Source: a virus (Duplodnaviria > Caudoviricetes). From it: a stretch of DNA of 64,000 bases. The stretch lies in the IMG/VR virus record IMGVR_UViG_3300019378_000951, positions 64,001 to 128,000 of that record; one strand, given 5' to 3'. Each line of letters starts with the position of its first letter. Positions within the stretch are counted from its first letter, which is position 1. This document shows positions 11,624 to 22,657 of the stretch, piece by piece. The position numbers and the translations under genes were made by a program. The notes below the pieces were generated by a model, which saw only the letters and a program-made list of their open reading frames with translations, was not told the origin of the DNA and did no database searches.

Positions 11624-12943
11624 ATGATGGATATAAGTATGATGAGTTTTGATGAGATAAGAAAAGTTATGGTAGAATTAAGAGACGAAAAACAAATTTT
11701 AGAACAAGGTGTTGAACATCCAGACTATCCTTTATTCAAGAAATGTTCAGAAGAATTAATTTCAATGTGTTCTATGTCCCTATTAACAAATGCTTCAACA
11801 AATGGTTCTAGATTCTTTGGTACGTTCCTGAATAAAGGTGAACGTTATGCTTCTTATACAATAAAAAGACCTATAGCACATCAAGTTAGAAACACAGGAG
11901 TTGTAATATTATACAACCCGGCATTAATATGTGATTATGGAATTCAAAAACTAACTATAATGATGATAAAAGAAGCAATACATTTAATTAAAAAGCACTT
12001 CACATTACAAATTGAATGCAGAGATTTACATCCTTGGCCTGTAACAAAACTAGCTTGTGAGTTAGAATGTAGTGATGTAATGGAAGAAAGTAGAATACAG
12101 TTAATAGATGAGTTAAACACAAGGGCTAAGATAAATGGAATGTTTGGTTGTAAGTTAGAAAAGAAAGAAGCTAGAGAGTTAGCAACTGATTTACATGAAC
12201 TTTATAATACAAATGATGATTTCAGAACTTTCATAGACAATACAGAAAAAACTGCAATGACAGATGGAGAAACAGATCCATTATTAATAGGAGAAATTAT
12301 AGATTACATCATAATAGAAACAGCAAGTGAAGAAAGAGGAAATTTACCATCAGGATTAGCAGGCTTAATAGAAAAATTAACAACACCTCCAGTAATAACT
12401 TGGCAACAAGAATTAGCACAAGCAATAGGTTCATTAACAGCAGGTAGAAAAAGAACTATAATGAGAAGAAACAGAAGACAACAAGATAGACTAGATTTAC
12501 GTGGAGAATTAAGAGATAAAGAAGTAGATTTAGTTATAGCAATAGATACATCAGGCTCTATGTCAGATGATGTTATAGCAAAATGTATGGTTGAGATAGA
12601 AGCGATAACTAAACACATGAAAACTAAATTTACAATAGTAGAATGTGACTGTGAAATTGGTAGAGTTTATGAAGTAGATAAAGTTAGTGATATAAAAGCA
12701 GAAGTATCAGGAAGAGGTGGTACTTACTTCTCACCTGTATTTAGATGGATGCAAGAACATAATAAAAGAGACGCAATGCTTATATATCTGACTGACGGAT
12801 ATGGTGAATATCAATTAGCAGGAGACATAATAAACAATCATCAATGTACACTTTGGGTATTGACTGAAAAGAAAGAAGATTTATCATTAAAAGGTGATAG
12901 ACTTCCATTAAGATCTAGAGTAATATCATTTACTAATAAGTAA
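11624..12943 (+). CDS. VWA-domain protein (DUF2201-like), probable partner of the MoxR ATPase
   Basis: MIDAS DTSGSMS, GRGGT, LIYLTDGYG; N-terminal ILYNP...KEAIH degenerate metallopeptidase-like region. Confidence 0.85.
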   Translation: MMDISMMSFDEIRKVMVELRDEKQILEQGVEHPDYPLFKKCSEELISMCSMSLLTNASTNGSRFFGTFLNKGERYASYTIKRPIAHQVRNTGVVILYNPALICDYGIQKLTIMMIKEAIHLIKKHFTLQIECRDLHPWPVTKLACELECSDVMEESRIQLIDELNTRAKINGMFGCKLEKKEARELATDLHELYNTNDDFRTFIDNTEKTAMTDGETDPLLIGEIIDYIIIETASEERGNLPSGLAGLIEKLTTPPVITWQQELAQAIGSLTAGRKRTIMRRNRRQQDRLDLRGELRDKEVDLVIAIDTSGSMSDDVIAKCMVEIEAITKHMKTKFTIVECDCEIGRVYEVDKVSDIKAEVSGRGGTYFSPVFRWMQEHNKRDAMLIYLTDGYGEYQLAGDIINNHQCTLWVLTEKKEDLSLKGDRLPLRSRVISFTNK

Positions 12944-12950
12944 ATGATAT

Positions 12951-12982
12951 AAGAGATAACCTAAAAGGTTATCTCTTTTTTT
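12951..12982. terminator. Terminator between convergent genes
   Basis: AAGAGATAACC-TAAAA-GGTTATCTCTT followed by a T run. Confidence 0.8.
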
Positions 12983-12990
12983 GTGTGTTC

Positions 12991-15900
12991 CTAACAATAT
13001 AAATTTAAATCACTAATAGATACACTATTTAAATTTATAAACGTAAATCCACATAATCCATTTATATATACTTTTTCATAGTCATGCCATATTGCTACAT
13101 ATTCATCATCTATTTGTAAACTAATAAAATTTTTTTTCTTTTTAATTTTAATATGGTGTTTTGTATTTTTATAGATTACAAATTTCTTTAATGATTTAAA
13201 ATGATTTGCTGAAAGTACATTTTTATATATTGGAACTTCTTCGTATTTGTGTTTATAAAAATCTATACCTCTGTCGATGTTTGATAATTCTTTTAAAGTG
13301 TTTGAAGTGTTGGTATACAGTCCATTATGCAATTCAAAAATAGGATTATCTGAATATGATGTTTTATAATTAAATAGCATGCTATATTTTTTGCCATCAG
13401 TCTGCCTATCTAAGTTAATTATAAATTGCCCATTTTGATCTGAATTGATGCTTATATCAAATTCTAAAACATAGTTAGTGCATTCTCTATTAGATATTTT
13501 TTCTTCAAATGTAATAATACCAGGTTTAAATACTGATAACTGTTTTTTATAAACATTATTATCTATTGTAATGGTATCTTTTTTATGATTCTCTTCTAAT
13601 AATAAATTGTGCAAATTAAATTTATTAGATTCAATATCTTCTGAGTTTATAATTCCAATATCATCTTCAAGATTAATACAATTAAAAGATAAATTTGAAT
13701 ATGTAAACAGATGTTGAGGTCGTACTATAAAAAAATCATCATTTAACTCTTGAAATACATTTCGTTCGCTCATTGATAGTTTTACTTTAATATTTTTATT
13801 TTTAGTATTTTTTATATAAATTTCAAGATTGCCTAATCTATAACCTTTATTTTTTATTTCCATTTCATTTGTGTTATTATTTATTGGTGTAAAATAAAAA
13901 ACTGAGCCCGTGCCTTTGATTAACGGAGTTATATTGTTATCTAAATAAATTTCAACATCTTCTTCTTGTTCTAATTGAAGTTTGTATTTAGATTTATTAT
14001 TTTCAATAAGTAAACACGTTTTAAAAGACACTGTTGATTCTTCTTCGCTATAAACTATTACTTCTTTATTTATATTATGTTGTAAAAAACAAGCTTCTCT
14101 ATTGTATTTATCACTAATTGTAACAAGTACCGATTCATTAAATGAATTTTCACCAGCAAATGGAACTATTGCTATTTGGTCTCTGGCGATATATTCATAT
14201 GGACTTATCAAATAAAATGTATCATCATGAAAATCAATATCACCTGATTTTAGAACTATAATATCTTTATTTTCATTATGTATTAAATCTTCTAATGTAT
14301 TTTTTGGATTTTCTAACTCATTTTTATCTATTTCATCATTAAATATTTTAAGCCAATTTCTTCTAAATGTATATTTTTTATTTTCATCATCAGACATTCC
14401 AATTTTGTAAATTATTTTATTTGAAGCTTTACTGGAAATTATATTTTTTTCTTTATCAATAATGTATCGACCACTATCGATTTTTATTCGCATTCTTCGT
14501 TTAATATAAAACATTTTTAGTATATTTCCATTATATTTATATGAACACACAAATGGTAACCATTTTCCTTTATTATTTTCATCTATAACACAAGATACTA
14601 TATCAAATTCAGTTAAATTTATTGAAACCTGATTTATAGACAAATCAGCATGACAATCGTCATATATATTTCTTTTTTCACAAAAAATTCCAAATTCAAC
14701 TGTTGACACTTTTTTATCTTTATCTTTATTTATTGATACTATTAATGTCTCATATTCGTTAGTAGTCCACAAAGCTCCAATATTATAATGATTTAATATT
14801 GAATTTTCACTACTTCCATCAGTATAATTAATTTTTATATATGGTTGAATTTCAACATTACTAACATCAATAGCTAACATTTCACACGTAAAAACTATTT
14901 TTCCATCATTTCCATTATTATAAGGTTCCAAATCTATATTTAAATCTTCAGCGTACATCTTATTATAAAATAATAAATTATGGCTTTCAGTTTTATATGT
15001 TATAAAATTAGTTTCACCATCTGTATAGATTTTTTCAATAATATTATCTCTGTCAGGATTTGTAACTATATTATGAGCATCATCAAAGAAATCATTATTT
15101 ATAATTGTTTTTGCAACAGGTTTACGTTTATTTATATCCGTAAGTAATCTTAATTTATCATTGTGATAAGTCCAACCATTCCAATTACGTTTTTTAAAAT
15201 CGGAATTTTTCGTTTTCAATTCAAAAAAATCAAATTTTTTATCAACTTCTGAAAGTTTTATAATAGTTTCATTATTAGAACTGGTGCAATAATCATTTCC
15301 TACTATTAAATATGCAGAACCGTTTATACCATTGAACTGAAAATCATAAATTCCACTATATGGAAAATACATATATCCTGTAAATTTGTATTCTCTTATC
15401 TCTCCAGTATTATCAAATATAGGATCATATGTTGTATTTGAAATCTGTATTCCGTCCATATATCTTAATGATAATTCTTTATAGCTATTAGTAAATACAT
15501 TTTCTTTAGTTTCAATCATTTTAGATTTTCCATGATAATATTCATTTGGATTATGTACATAGAACATATTATCTAAAAAATTAAGATCTTGATAAGTAAC
15601 AAATCCACAGTCATAAATTTTTTCATTATATGAATCTGGAAGTAATTTAGTGCTTGGCAATTTGGGATGCTTTATATAATGTTTTTGTATAGGTTTTGGA
15701 TTATAAACATTATATACGTATGAACGCGCACGATCTAAAACTTTTTGAAGTTCAGACATTTTATTTGCAGCAACAACATATATTTCATTTTTAATAAATT
15801 CATTAGGATTTTTCATGTCGTTAAGCCATAATAATAAATACCATAAATCAGTAGTTCCATATAATGAATAACTTACATATTCAGGCCTCATAAAATATTC

Positions 15901-16119
15901 ATTACCAATTCTAACTTTAGTAACCATTTGAAAGATAGTATTTTTATATTTATCTAAATAATCAAGCCCCATTAATAAATTATTTTCAAAAATATACCAG
16001 TTCATATTGTTATCTAAAAGAACTCTATTTCTTTTAGCATCTCGTATACTAGTATTTGTATTTTCTGATCTAGCTGAATAAATATCATCATAATCTCTGT
16101 ACTCTTCATTATTGGCCAC
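12991..16119 (-). CDS. Baseplate wedge-like protein with N-terminal T4 gp53/LysM-like domain and long beta-rich C-terminus
   Basis: RPEYVSYSLYGTTDLWYLLLWLN resembles gp53-type baseplate proteins; in a late operon. Confidence 0.6.
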   Translation of the reverse strand: MANNEEYRDYDDIYSARSENTNTSIRDAKRNRVLLDNNMNWYIFENNLLMGLDYLDKYKNTIFQMVTKVRIGNEYFMRPEYVSYSLYGTTDLWYLLLWLNDMKNPNEFIKNEIYVVAANKMSELQKVLDRARSYVYNVYNPKPIQKHYIKHPKLPSTKLLPDSYNEKIYDCGFVTYQDLNFLDNMFYVHNPNEYYHGKSKMIETKENVFTNSYKELSLRYMDGIQISNTTYDPIFDNTGEIREYKFTGYMYFPYSGIYDFQFNGINGSAYLIVGNDYCTSSNNETIIKLSEVDKKFDFFELKTKNSDFKKRNWNGWTYHNDKLRLLTDINKRKPVAKTIINNDFFDDAHNIVTNPDRDNIIEKIYTDGETNFITYKTESHNLLFYNKMYAEDLNIDLEPYNNGNDGKIVFTCEMLAIDVSNVEIQPYIKINYTDGSSENSILNHYNIGALWTTNEYETLIVSINKDKDKKVSTVEFGIFCEKRNIYDDCHADLSINQVSINLTEFDIVSCVIDENNKGKWLPFVCSYKYNGNILKMFYIKRRMRIKIDSGRYIIDKEKNIISSKASNKIIYKIGMSDDENKKYTFRRNWLKIFNDEIDKNELENPKNTLEDLIHNENKDIIVLKSGDIDFHDDTFYLISPYEYIARDQIAIVPFAGENSFNESVLVTISDKYNREACFLQHNINKEVIVYSEEESTVSFKTCLLIENNKSKYKLQLEQEEDVEIYLDNNITPLIKGTGSVFYFTPINNNTNEMEIKNKGYRLGNLEIYIKNTKNKNIKVKLSMSERNVFQELNDDFFIVRPQHLFTYSNLSFNCINLEDDIGIINSEDIESNKFNLHNLLLEENHKKDTITIDNNVYKKQLSVFKPGIITFEEKISNRECTNYVLEFDISINSDQNGQFIINLDRQTDGKKYSMLFNYKTSYSDNPIFELHNGLYTNTSNTLKELSNIDRGIDFYKHKYEEVPIYKNVLSANHFKSLKKFVIYKNTKHHIKIKKKKNFISLQIDDEYVAIWHDYEKVYINGLCGFTFINLNSVSISDLNLYC

Positions 16120-16135
16120 TATTCATCACACTCCT

Positions 16136-16714
16136 TTAGTTATGCTTATAGTAATCTAAAAATTGTCTAAGTATAACTCTATCAAAATTTGACGTAGTTT
16201 CAATATCATAAGTTAGATCTGACTGTTTAAGCATAACTTGCCAATTAGGATCTAGTATTTCATCAAAATAAATAATTCTTTCTTGATTAAGTTTATATCG
16301 TCTCATTAAACTACATATACATTTACTACACAGTTGTTCATACATTCTAAATTCAGGTATATCTAAATTATAGTTTTCTCCTATAGTTATTAATATCGAA
16401 TTTTTATATTCTGATTTTACCACTCCAGCCTCAACTAATTCTCTTATAAAATAACTAGGATACTCTTCTGATAATCCTTGAAATATTACATAGTCTTTGT
16501 CCAAATATTCTACATAATAATGACAAGGTAATTTTCTTCGTTTTAAATCTTCCATATAATATTCTTGCCAATAACCCCATGTATACTGCATTGTACTCTT
16601 TATTAAAAGAGGATTAAAATGAGCAAACCTGGTTTCTCTAGTATTTTTAGCTTGACATAGTATCACATATTCCGTCTTTGGCCTAAATTCTTTATTCTTC
16701 CATATTTGATACAA
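16136..16714 (-). CDS. Amidase_2/PGRP-like fold protein, possibly degenerate
   Basis: LPCHYYV...VIFQG...SILITIGENY...LMRRYKL pattern; lies between baseplate genes. Confidence 0.35.
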   Translation of the reverse strand: MYQIWKNKEFRPKTEYVILCQAKNTRETRFAHFNPLLIKSTMQYTWGYWQEYYMEDLKRRKLPCHYYVEYLDKDYVIFQGLSEEYPSYFIRELVEAGVVKSEYKNSILITIGENYNLDIPEFRMYEQLCSKCICSLMRRYKLNQERIIYFDEILDPNWQVMLKQSDLTYDIETTSNFDRVILRQFLDYYKHN

Positions 16715-17172
16715 TTACAACGCCCCCTTTTTAATTTAGCAACTTTAGATTTAATTGTTCTAACATCGTATTCTTCATTATCTTCATTATTTATAATTTC
16801 AATATCTTCGTTATATGTATATGACATATTATAAAATATTGGTTTTTTAACATCATTATCAATAAAAACTACTACTACAGTATCTCCTATTTTAGGTTTT
16901 ACTAGTTGATTGTTAATTGACATTTGTTTACATAAAATTCCCGCGTCAATAGTCATTTCTATTTTTGTATTAGAATATCTGCTATTTTTAATATCCGAAT
17001 TATATATTGTTTCTTTTATAGGTTTTTTAAACGAAACTGATGGCATTAATTCTTTAATATAAATTTTAGCCATGTAATTTTTATTCCAATCTTCTAAATC
17101 AATTATAGTTCCAATAAATTGATTATTTAATTGAGCATGTCCTATAATAATATTTCCATATATATCTTTCAT
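16663..17172 (-). CDS. Baseplate spike gp5/VgrG-type OB-fold protein
   Basis: FIGTIIDLED...AKIYIKEL...PKIGDTVVVVFIDNDVKKP. Confidence 0.6.
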   Translation of the reverse strand: MKDIYGNIIIGHAQLNNQFIGTIIDLEDWNKNYMAKIYIKELMPSVSFKKPIKETIYNSDIKNSRYSNTKIEMTIDAGILCKQMSINNQLVKPKIGDTVVVVFIDNDVKKPIFYNMSYTYNEDIEIINNEDNEEYDVRTIKSKVAKLKRGRCNCIKYGRIKNLGQRRNM

Positions 17173-17350
17173 AAAATCACCTCATTTAATATTTGTCTGT
17201 TTTTAAGTTTTTTGACAAATAAATAAAAAATAATACAAATACATATTATTAAATTGGTATAGATTGTTATTTATATTTTTTATATTTTTATAAAATAAAT
17301 AACATTCTAATGTAAAAAATTAAATTTAAATTTATTGGAGGTATGTGTAT

Positions 17351-18334
17351 ATGAGTAATATAAAAATGGTTGAAAAAGCAAGAAGAATAATAATGGAATC
17401 TGGAAATTTTACAATGAGTATATTAACATTATGGAATAATAAAAACAAAGATTCGTTCAAACTAGACCCCGTAACAAGAAGAGACTATGATAGTAATAAG
17501 TATCAACAAGGTTCTAATACAGTTACAACAGTTGATTTTAGATCCAGCGATTATTTAGCATTCGAATATAAAGATTGGGAAAGAAAAGCTAATATGTCAG
17601 TATTTGCATCGTATCCTAATATGTTTAACTGTAAAGCATTTTTCCAAGAAGTAATGGGTGTATTAGAAAGTACTCAGATATTTGGTAAGAATGGAGAATT
17701 AACAGCAGAAGGAAATGAGATATTTATACAATCAGAACCATTAGCTGGTGGAAAGAAATTAGGAGCTTATTTTAGTGTTATAAACAGAAATGATTCATTA
17801 GTAAATTGTGTAACATTGGTTATAGGTAGTGACGATTGTATAGCAGATTTAGATCTTAATACATTTGCAGGGTTAGCAGATATAGTTCAATCTATAGACT
17901 TATTAACACAAGCAACATTATTAATGCAAATGACAATGATAACTATGGGAGCTGGAAATGCGCCGGTATCTAATGCATCAGGCGGATTTAATACATCTTC
18001 AACTCCTAGAAGACAAACTGGATTGGGTAATAATTCTAATAGTGGAAGAAGTGGTGGAGGTTTAGGGTTAAACAGAAGACAATCTCCTACACTATCAGGC
18101 GGCAGTAGAAAAGGACAAACGACTATGACAAACATAGAAGTAGATAATAATGATGATATTTCATTTACAATGGGGGAAGAAGAAAATTCACAATCTTCTA
18201 CATTAAGTAGAAGAAACAATAATAATCAACAAAATCAAAACACTAATATATTATTCGATATAAACGCTCAAATGGCAGCTGGAGAAGGTTTAGATGATCT
18301 AAATCTAGATGTTGATGGCGATATAGAATTTTAA
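17351..18334 (+). CDS. Putative ssDNA-binding protein
   Basis: Globular N-terminus, G/S/N/R-rich linker and acidic tail ending DGDIEF, as in SSBs; inference only. Confidence 0.4.
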   Translation: MSNIKMVEKARRIIMESGNFTMSILTLWNNKNKDSFKLDPVTRRDYDSNKYQQGSNTVTTVDFRSSDYLAFEYKDWERKANMSVFASYPNMFNCKAFFQEVMGVLESTQIFGKNGELTAEGNEIFIQSEPLAGGKKLGAYFSVINRNDSLVNCVTLVIGSDDCIADLDLNTFAGLADIVQSIDLLTQATLLMQMTMITMGAGNAPVSNASGGFNTSSTPRRQTGLGNNSNSGRSGGGLGLNRRQSPTLSGGSRKGQTTMTNIEVDNNDDISFTMGEEENSQSSTLSRRNNNNQQNQNTNILFDINAQMAAGEGLDDLNLDVDGDIEF

Positions 18335-18468
18335 TATAATCATAGGACAATCTAAATGATTGTCCTATTTTTTTATTATTTTTAAAAAATCTTATTTGTT
18401 TAGTATTATTTATATTATTAAAATAAATAAAAAATTAAAACACAAAATTAGCATATAAAAAGAGAGGG

Positions 18469-18894
18469 ATGTATATGATGGAACAAAAAGATGATCTTTT
18501 TAAAAAAATTGAAAGATTAGATGATTTAAAGATAAATGCTCTTAAAGAAAAAAATCGTGTAATGACTAATAGAGGGCGTAAATTTGAAGAAGAAGTACTA
18601 AATTTACCAATAAACCCAGAAGTTGACAGCGAATTAGTTTTATTCATCAAAAAAATTATAAATGAAGCTAATATAACTAATAAAGAAGTTTATGATCATT
18701 TCGGACAAAGTTTAGGTTATAATATGATATATTCTCTTATAAAGAAAAAACCGGCAATATCGTGGGAAAGAGTTAGACAATGGATAGATTTCTTAGGATA
18801 TAATTTAGAATTAGTATTAGTTAAAAAGCAGCCAAATCAACAATGTGATGATGGCTTATCTATAATTGAAAGGGATCCAAATCTGGGAGAGTAA
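18469..18894 (+). CDS. Hypothetical protein, possible HTH DNA-binding domain
   Basis: ITNKEVY...YNMIYSL...ISWERVRQWIDFLGY helical pattern. Confidence 0.4.
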   Translation: MYMMEQKDDLFKKIERLDDLKINALKEKNRVMTNRGRKFEEEVLNLPINPEVDSELVLFIKKIINEANITNKEVYDHFGQSLGYNMIYSLIKKKPAISWERVRQWIDFLGYNLELVLVKKQPNQQCDDGLSIIERDPNLGE

Positions 18895-18970
18895 TCTCCT
18901 TTTTTTTGGCAATTTATTAACAACTTTATATTGATAATTATTAAAATCTCTATAATAAGGTGGTGAGAAA

Positions 18971-20509
18971 GTGGGAGAATTTAAAAAACAACCGTCGCAA
19001 GATAAAAAGAAAACTTATGAGCAAAATAAAGACTTTATAATAGATCCACAAACGGGAGATCTGATTTCATATAATTGTGGAAACCCTAATTATGGATGCG
19101 ATGGAGGCAATCAAGATAGCGGTGGAGACATAGGAGGTTTAGAAGACACTAAATTACCACTTAATTCAGAAGATATAACTAATAAAGATTTAGCAGGCAT
19201 ATCTATATTAAAACCTGGGACAAATAATATGGATATAAGAGACGATAAAATCTCTATAATTAATTATGAGGGTTTACTTAGTGGTTTGAGTGATAATGCG
19301 AGTGGTGCTGATATTGATAATGATGGAACGTCAGGAGTTCAATCATCAATAGATAATACTGTAAAAGATTATACTGATAGTATTAAAGATTATAGCGAAT
19401 ACTTAGAAGGTTCACCAACATTTGTCACATATTTTAGAATTAATAGAAAAAAATCAACAATTGATACTTCTTTAGGAGGAATAGTTGAAGTTGTAGGTGC
19501 TGATTCGCCATTAGTATATGATAAAATTATGAATGTCCCTATATGGAATTTGGAAGAAATGATAGCAACATATAGCTATGATGAATTTACAGGATTAGAT
19601 ACTGAAATACAAACAACCGGTATTATACTTCCTAATACGATTAAACCTAGACCTGATGAATTTGTGTATATAGAATATGGTTCTAAAAAAATAATGTTGA
19701 AAGTTGATAACGTTGAAACTACTAACATTCTTAGTGCTGTATTTTATAAAATAAATATGAGCAATACTTCAACCAGCCTTGATGCATTAAACGCACAATC
19801 TGGTAATACTTTATATTACGACTATGACCAAAATATAATAGTTGATGGAGCTACAAATGAGATAGCTAATGCATTGAATGCTATCTTAAATGATATAGAA
19901 GTATCATATATAAATATATTTTTTAATAAGCAATATAATAGTTTTATATTTAATAACTGTTACGATAAATTTTTACATAGATTTATACATGATACACATT
20001 TATTTATACATGAAAAATCTTTTATGAAAAATATACATGTAGAACCTATAATTCCTTTTAATATTAGTGAAGCTACAATGTACGATAACAGTGTATATGA
20101 AAGAATAATTAGTCGTAGAGATAAAGAGTTTATACAAAGAGTACATATTCATCCTATGAATGATATTGGAAATAGTAGACATCGTTGCGGATGTAGAGGT
20201 GATGTTAATATATTTAATGTATTTAGTATGGGAAGAAATCATATGAGAGAAATAGATCATGTACCTAATGGCAAATTTCCAATATTTAGCGAATTCGCAT
20301 TTACAACGACAAATATTAAATCACTATCTTATTCTGAAAGAATTATTAATGTATATATGAAAACTGGAAGTACGGATTATACAAGTTATTTAGAAGATTT
20401 AAAAATGCTTCAGGTAGAATATTATCTTAAAGACTATATTCAAATACCTTTGATAATTTATATATTAAAACAAATTGTATCAGGTATAAAGAAAACACAA
20501 AATAATTAA
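18971..20509 (+). CDS. Putative virion structural protein
   Basis: 512 aa; late motif AACA-N6-TA at 18919-18930. Confidence 0.5.
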   Translation: MGEFKKQPSQDKKKTYEQNKDFIIDPQTGDLISYNCGNPNYGCDGGNQDSGGDIGGLEDTKLPLNSEDITNKDLAGISILKPGTNNMDIRDDKISIINYEGLLSGLSDNASGADIDNDGTSGVQSSIDNTVKDYTDSIKDYSEYLEGSPTFVTYFRINRKKSTIDTSLGGIVEVVGADSPLVYDKIMNVPIWNLEEMIATYSYDEFTGLDTEIQTTGIILPNTIKPRPDEFVYIEYGSKKIMLKVDNVETTNILSAVFYKINMSNTSTSLDALNAQSGNTLYYDYDQNIIVDGATNEIANALNAILNDIEVSYINIFFNKQYNSFIFNNCYDKFLHRFIHDTHLFIHEKSFMKNIHVEPIIPFNISEATMYDNSVYERIISRRDKEFIQRVHIHPMNDIGNSRHRCGCRGDVNIFNVFSMGRNHMREIDHVPNGKFPIFSEFAFTTTNIKSLSYSERIINVYMKTGSTDYTSYLEDLKMLQVEYYLKDYIQIPLIIYILKQIVSGIKKTQNN

Positions 20510-20584
20510 ATTAATTACTTAAAAATAATTAACAATTACTTATGATACAAAATCGAAAATATTATATAGATAGGAGACTGAAAA

Positions 20585-22606
20585 ATGAAAGGATTATTCG
20601 ATTGTTTGAGAAATAGAATATATAGAGAAGATGAAGATATACTAAAACAAATAGCAGCTAATGCTCCTGTTGATGATTCTGAAATAGAAGCTTTTGAGGC
20701 TGATGACGAAGACGATGAAGATGAATGGGGTTTAGGCGGAATAAATATAGACGAAATTGATGACGCTGACATAGAAAGAGTAACAAATGAATTCAATATG
20801 GATGAAGGAAATAGAGCTGCTTGTAGATTAAAAACTATAGATCTTAAAGAAGACGTATTCGAAGAAGATAACGTTGAATTACAACCAGAAACTAAATTAA
20901 ATAAAAAAGTATCTGCTGATGATGATATGAGAGATTTCGTTGGTGCTGGTGATGGTTCTGGACATGATATGAAAACTGAATCTTTCGATTTAATAATGGA
21001 AGAAGTTATGGAAGAAATAGAACTAATGGATGAAGGCTTAATGGCTAACATGCGTGAAAAAAGATTAGACAAAAAATTAAATAAAATGGAACTTAAAGAC
21101 GCTAAAAGAGATCGTAAAGAAGGAATAAAACAAGCTAAAGATAAAGCTAAAGATGCTAAAAATGACGCTTTCCTTAATAAAAGAGCTGACAGAAGACAAG
21201 CCCATGCTGAATTATCCGCTGAAAGAAAAGCCGCTTACAATAAATTTGCTAAAGGCGCAGACGAAAGATTATTTGGTGGAGGAAAAGTAAGAAGAGGCAT
21301 AGCTGCTGATAAACGTGCTGGTATTAATGCTGCCAAAGCTGAATATAGAAACATTAAAAGAGATCAAATATTAAGAAAAAAAGCCAGACAAGTTGCAGTC
21401 GAAGAAGGTGTTTCTTTAGATGAAGCATTAAATTTTGTATTAGAATGTGAACAAGATTTATTAGACGAAGGATATGATTACGAAGAAATATATGGAGAAG
21501 ATAATGTAGAATATCAACCAGAAACTAAACTTAATAAAAAAGTATCTCAAGACCCTGATATGAGAGACTTTGTAGGCGCTGGTGATGGTTCTGGACATGA
21601 TATGAAAACTGAAGAGACAGATGAATTATATGATGAAGGATTATTTGCTAAAGTTGGAGAAACTGTAGATAACCGAAGAAGAAAAAAAATGGAACTAAGA
21701 GATGCAAAATATAATAAATTAAATGCTAAAGATGATGAATGGCTAAGAAAAAGAGATGCTGTAAGAGATATAAAAAGAGATTCACGCCATGCGGTAGATG
21801 CTGAACGTCGTAATTACAAAGTTAATAAAAGAGGTATTGAAAGAGATTATAAAAATGATAGAGTTAATATAAAATTAGATTCTAATGCTAGAAGAAGAGA
21901 TATTTGGAGAACTAAAAAAGCTAGACAAGTTGCAGTCGAAGAAGGTGTTTCTTTAGATGAAGCATTAAATTTTGTATTAGAATGTGAACAAGATTTATTA
22001 GATGAAGGTTTTGGATATGAAGAAATATATGGAGAAGATATATTTGAAGAAGATAATGTAGAATTACAACCTGAAACTAAACTTAATAAAAAAGTATCTC
22101 AAGATCCTGATATGAGAGATTTCGTTGGTGCTGGTGATGGTTCTGGACATGATATGAAAACTGAAGCTGCTATATTAGCTTATGAAGAAGGAATATCTTT
22201 AGAAGAAGCTATGGAATGGTTAATGGAAGATGAAGAAATATATGATGAAGGATTAAGAGATAATATAAGAGCTACAAGAGCTGCTAAAAGAGCTTATAAA
22301 GCTAAAAAGAAAGAAATATGGAAAGGTACACAAGAAGACGTAGTTGATGATGCTATAGCTAAACTTGGAAGAGATGGAAATGACAATGGAGTATTCCCTA
22401 CAAGAGTAGACCTTCAAGATGAAGTATATGATGAAGGTGGAGATCCAGATGAATGTGCACCAAAAAGACAACATCAAAAACCAGTAGGAAATGTTGATGC
22501 TGTATCAGTAGACGGAATAGACACTGATGATGAATTAATATTAGGTGTTGAAGCTGTTATAAAAGAAATAGAAGAAAGTTTAGACTTAGACGATTTTGAT
22601 TGTTAA
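20585..22606 (+). CDS. Repetitive acidic/basic protein, candidate internal head (scaffold/core) polyprotein
   Basis: Three EDNVExQPETKLNKKVS..DMRDFVGAGDGSGHDMKTE repeats; alternating D/E-rich and K/R-rich blocks; late motif at 20531-20542. Confidence 0.6.
   Translation: MKGLFDCLRNRIYREDEDILKQIAANAPVDDSEIEAFEADDEDDEDEWGLGGINIDEIDDADIERVTNEFNMDEGNRAACRLKTIDLKEDVFEEDNVELQPETKLNKKVSADDDMRDFVGAGDGSGHDMKTESFDLIMEEVMEEIELMDEGLMANMREKRLDKKLNKMELKDAKRDRKEGIKQAKDKAKDAKNDAFLNKRADRRQAHAELSAERKAAYNKFAKGADERLFGGGKVRRGIAADKRAGINAAKAEYRNIKRDQILRKKARQVAVEEGVSLDEALNFVLECEQDLLDEGYDYEEIYGEDNVEYQPETKLNKKVSQDPDMRDFVGAGDGSGHDMKTEETDELYDEGLFAKVGETVDNRRRKKMELRDAKYNKLNAKDDEWLRKRDAVRDIKRDSRHAVDAERRNYKVNKRGIERDYKNDRVNIKLDSNARRRDIWRTKKARQVAVEEGVSLDEALNFVLECEQDLLDEGFGYEEIYGEDIFEEDNVELQPETKLNKKVSQDPDMRDFVGAGDGSGHDMKTEAAILAYEEGISLEEAMEWLMEDEEIYDEGLRDNIRATRAAKRAYKAKKKEIWKGTQEDVVDDAIAKLGRDGNDNGVFPTRVDLQDEVYDEGGDPDECAPKRQHQKPVGNVDAVSVDGIDTDDELILGVEAVIKEIEESLDLDDFDC
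21376..22165 (+). repeat. About 240-bp intragenic direct repeat (21376-21613 and 21914-22165), partial third copy at 20861-20980
   Basis: Near-identical DNA encoding KKARQVAVEEGVSLDEALNFVLECEQDLLDEG...HDMKTE. Confidence 0.9.
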
Positions 22607-22657
22607 TTAGAAGGGGAATATTGTCCTCTTCTTTATTTTTAAATAAGGAGGTTTTGT

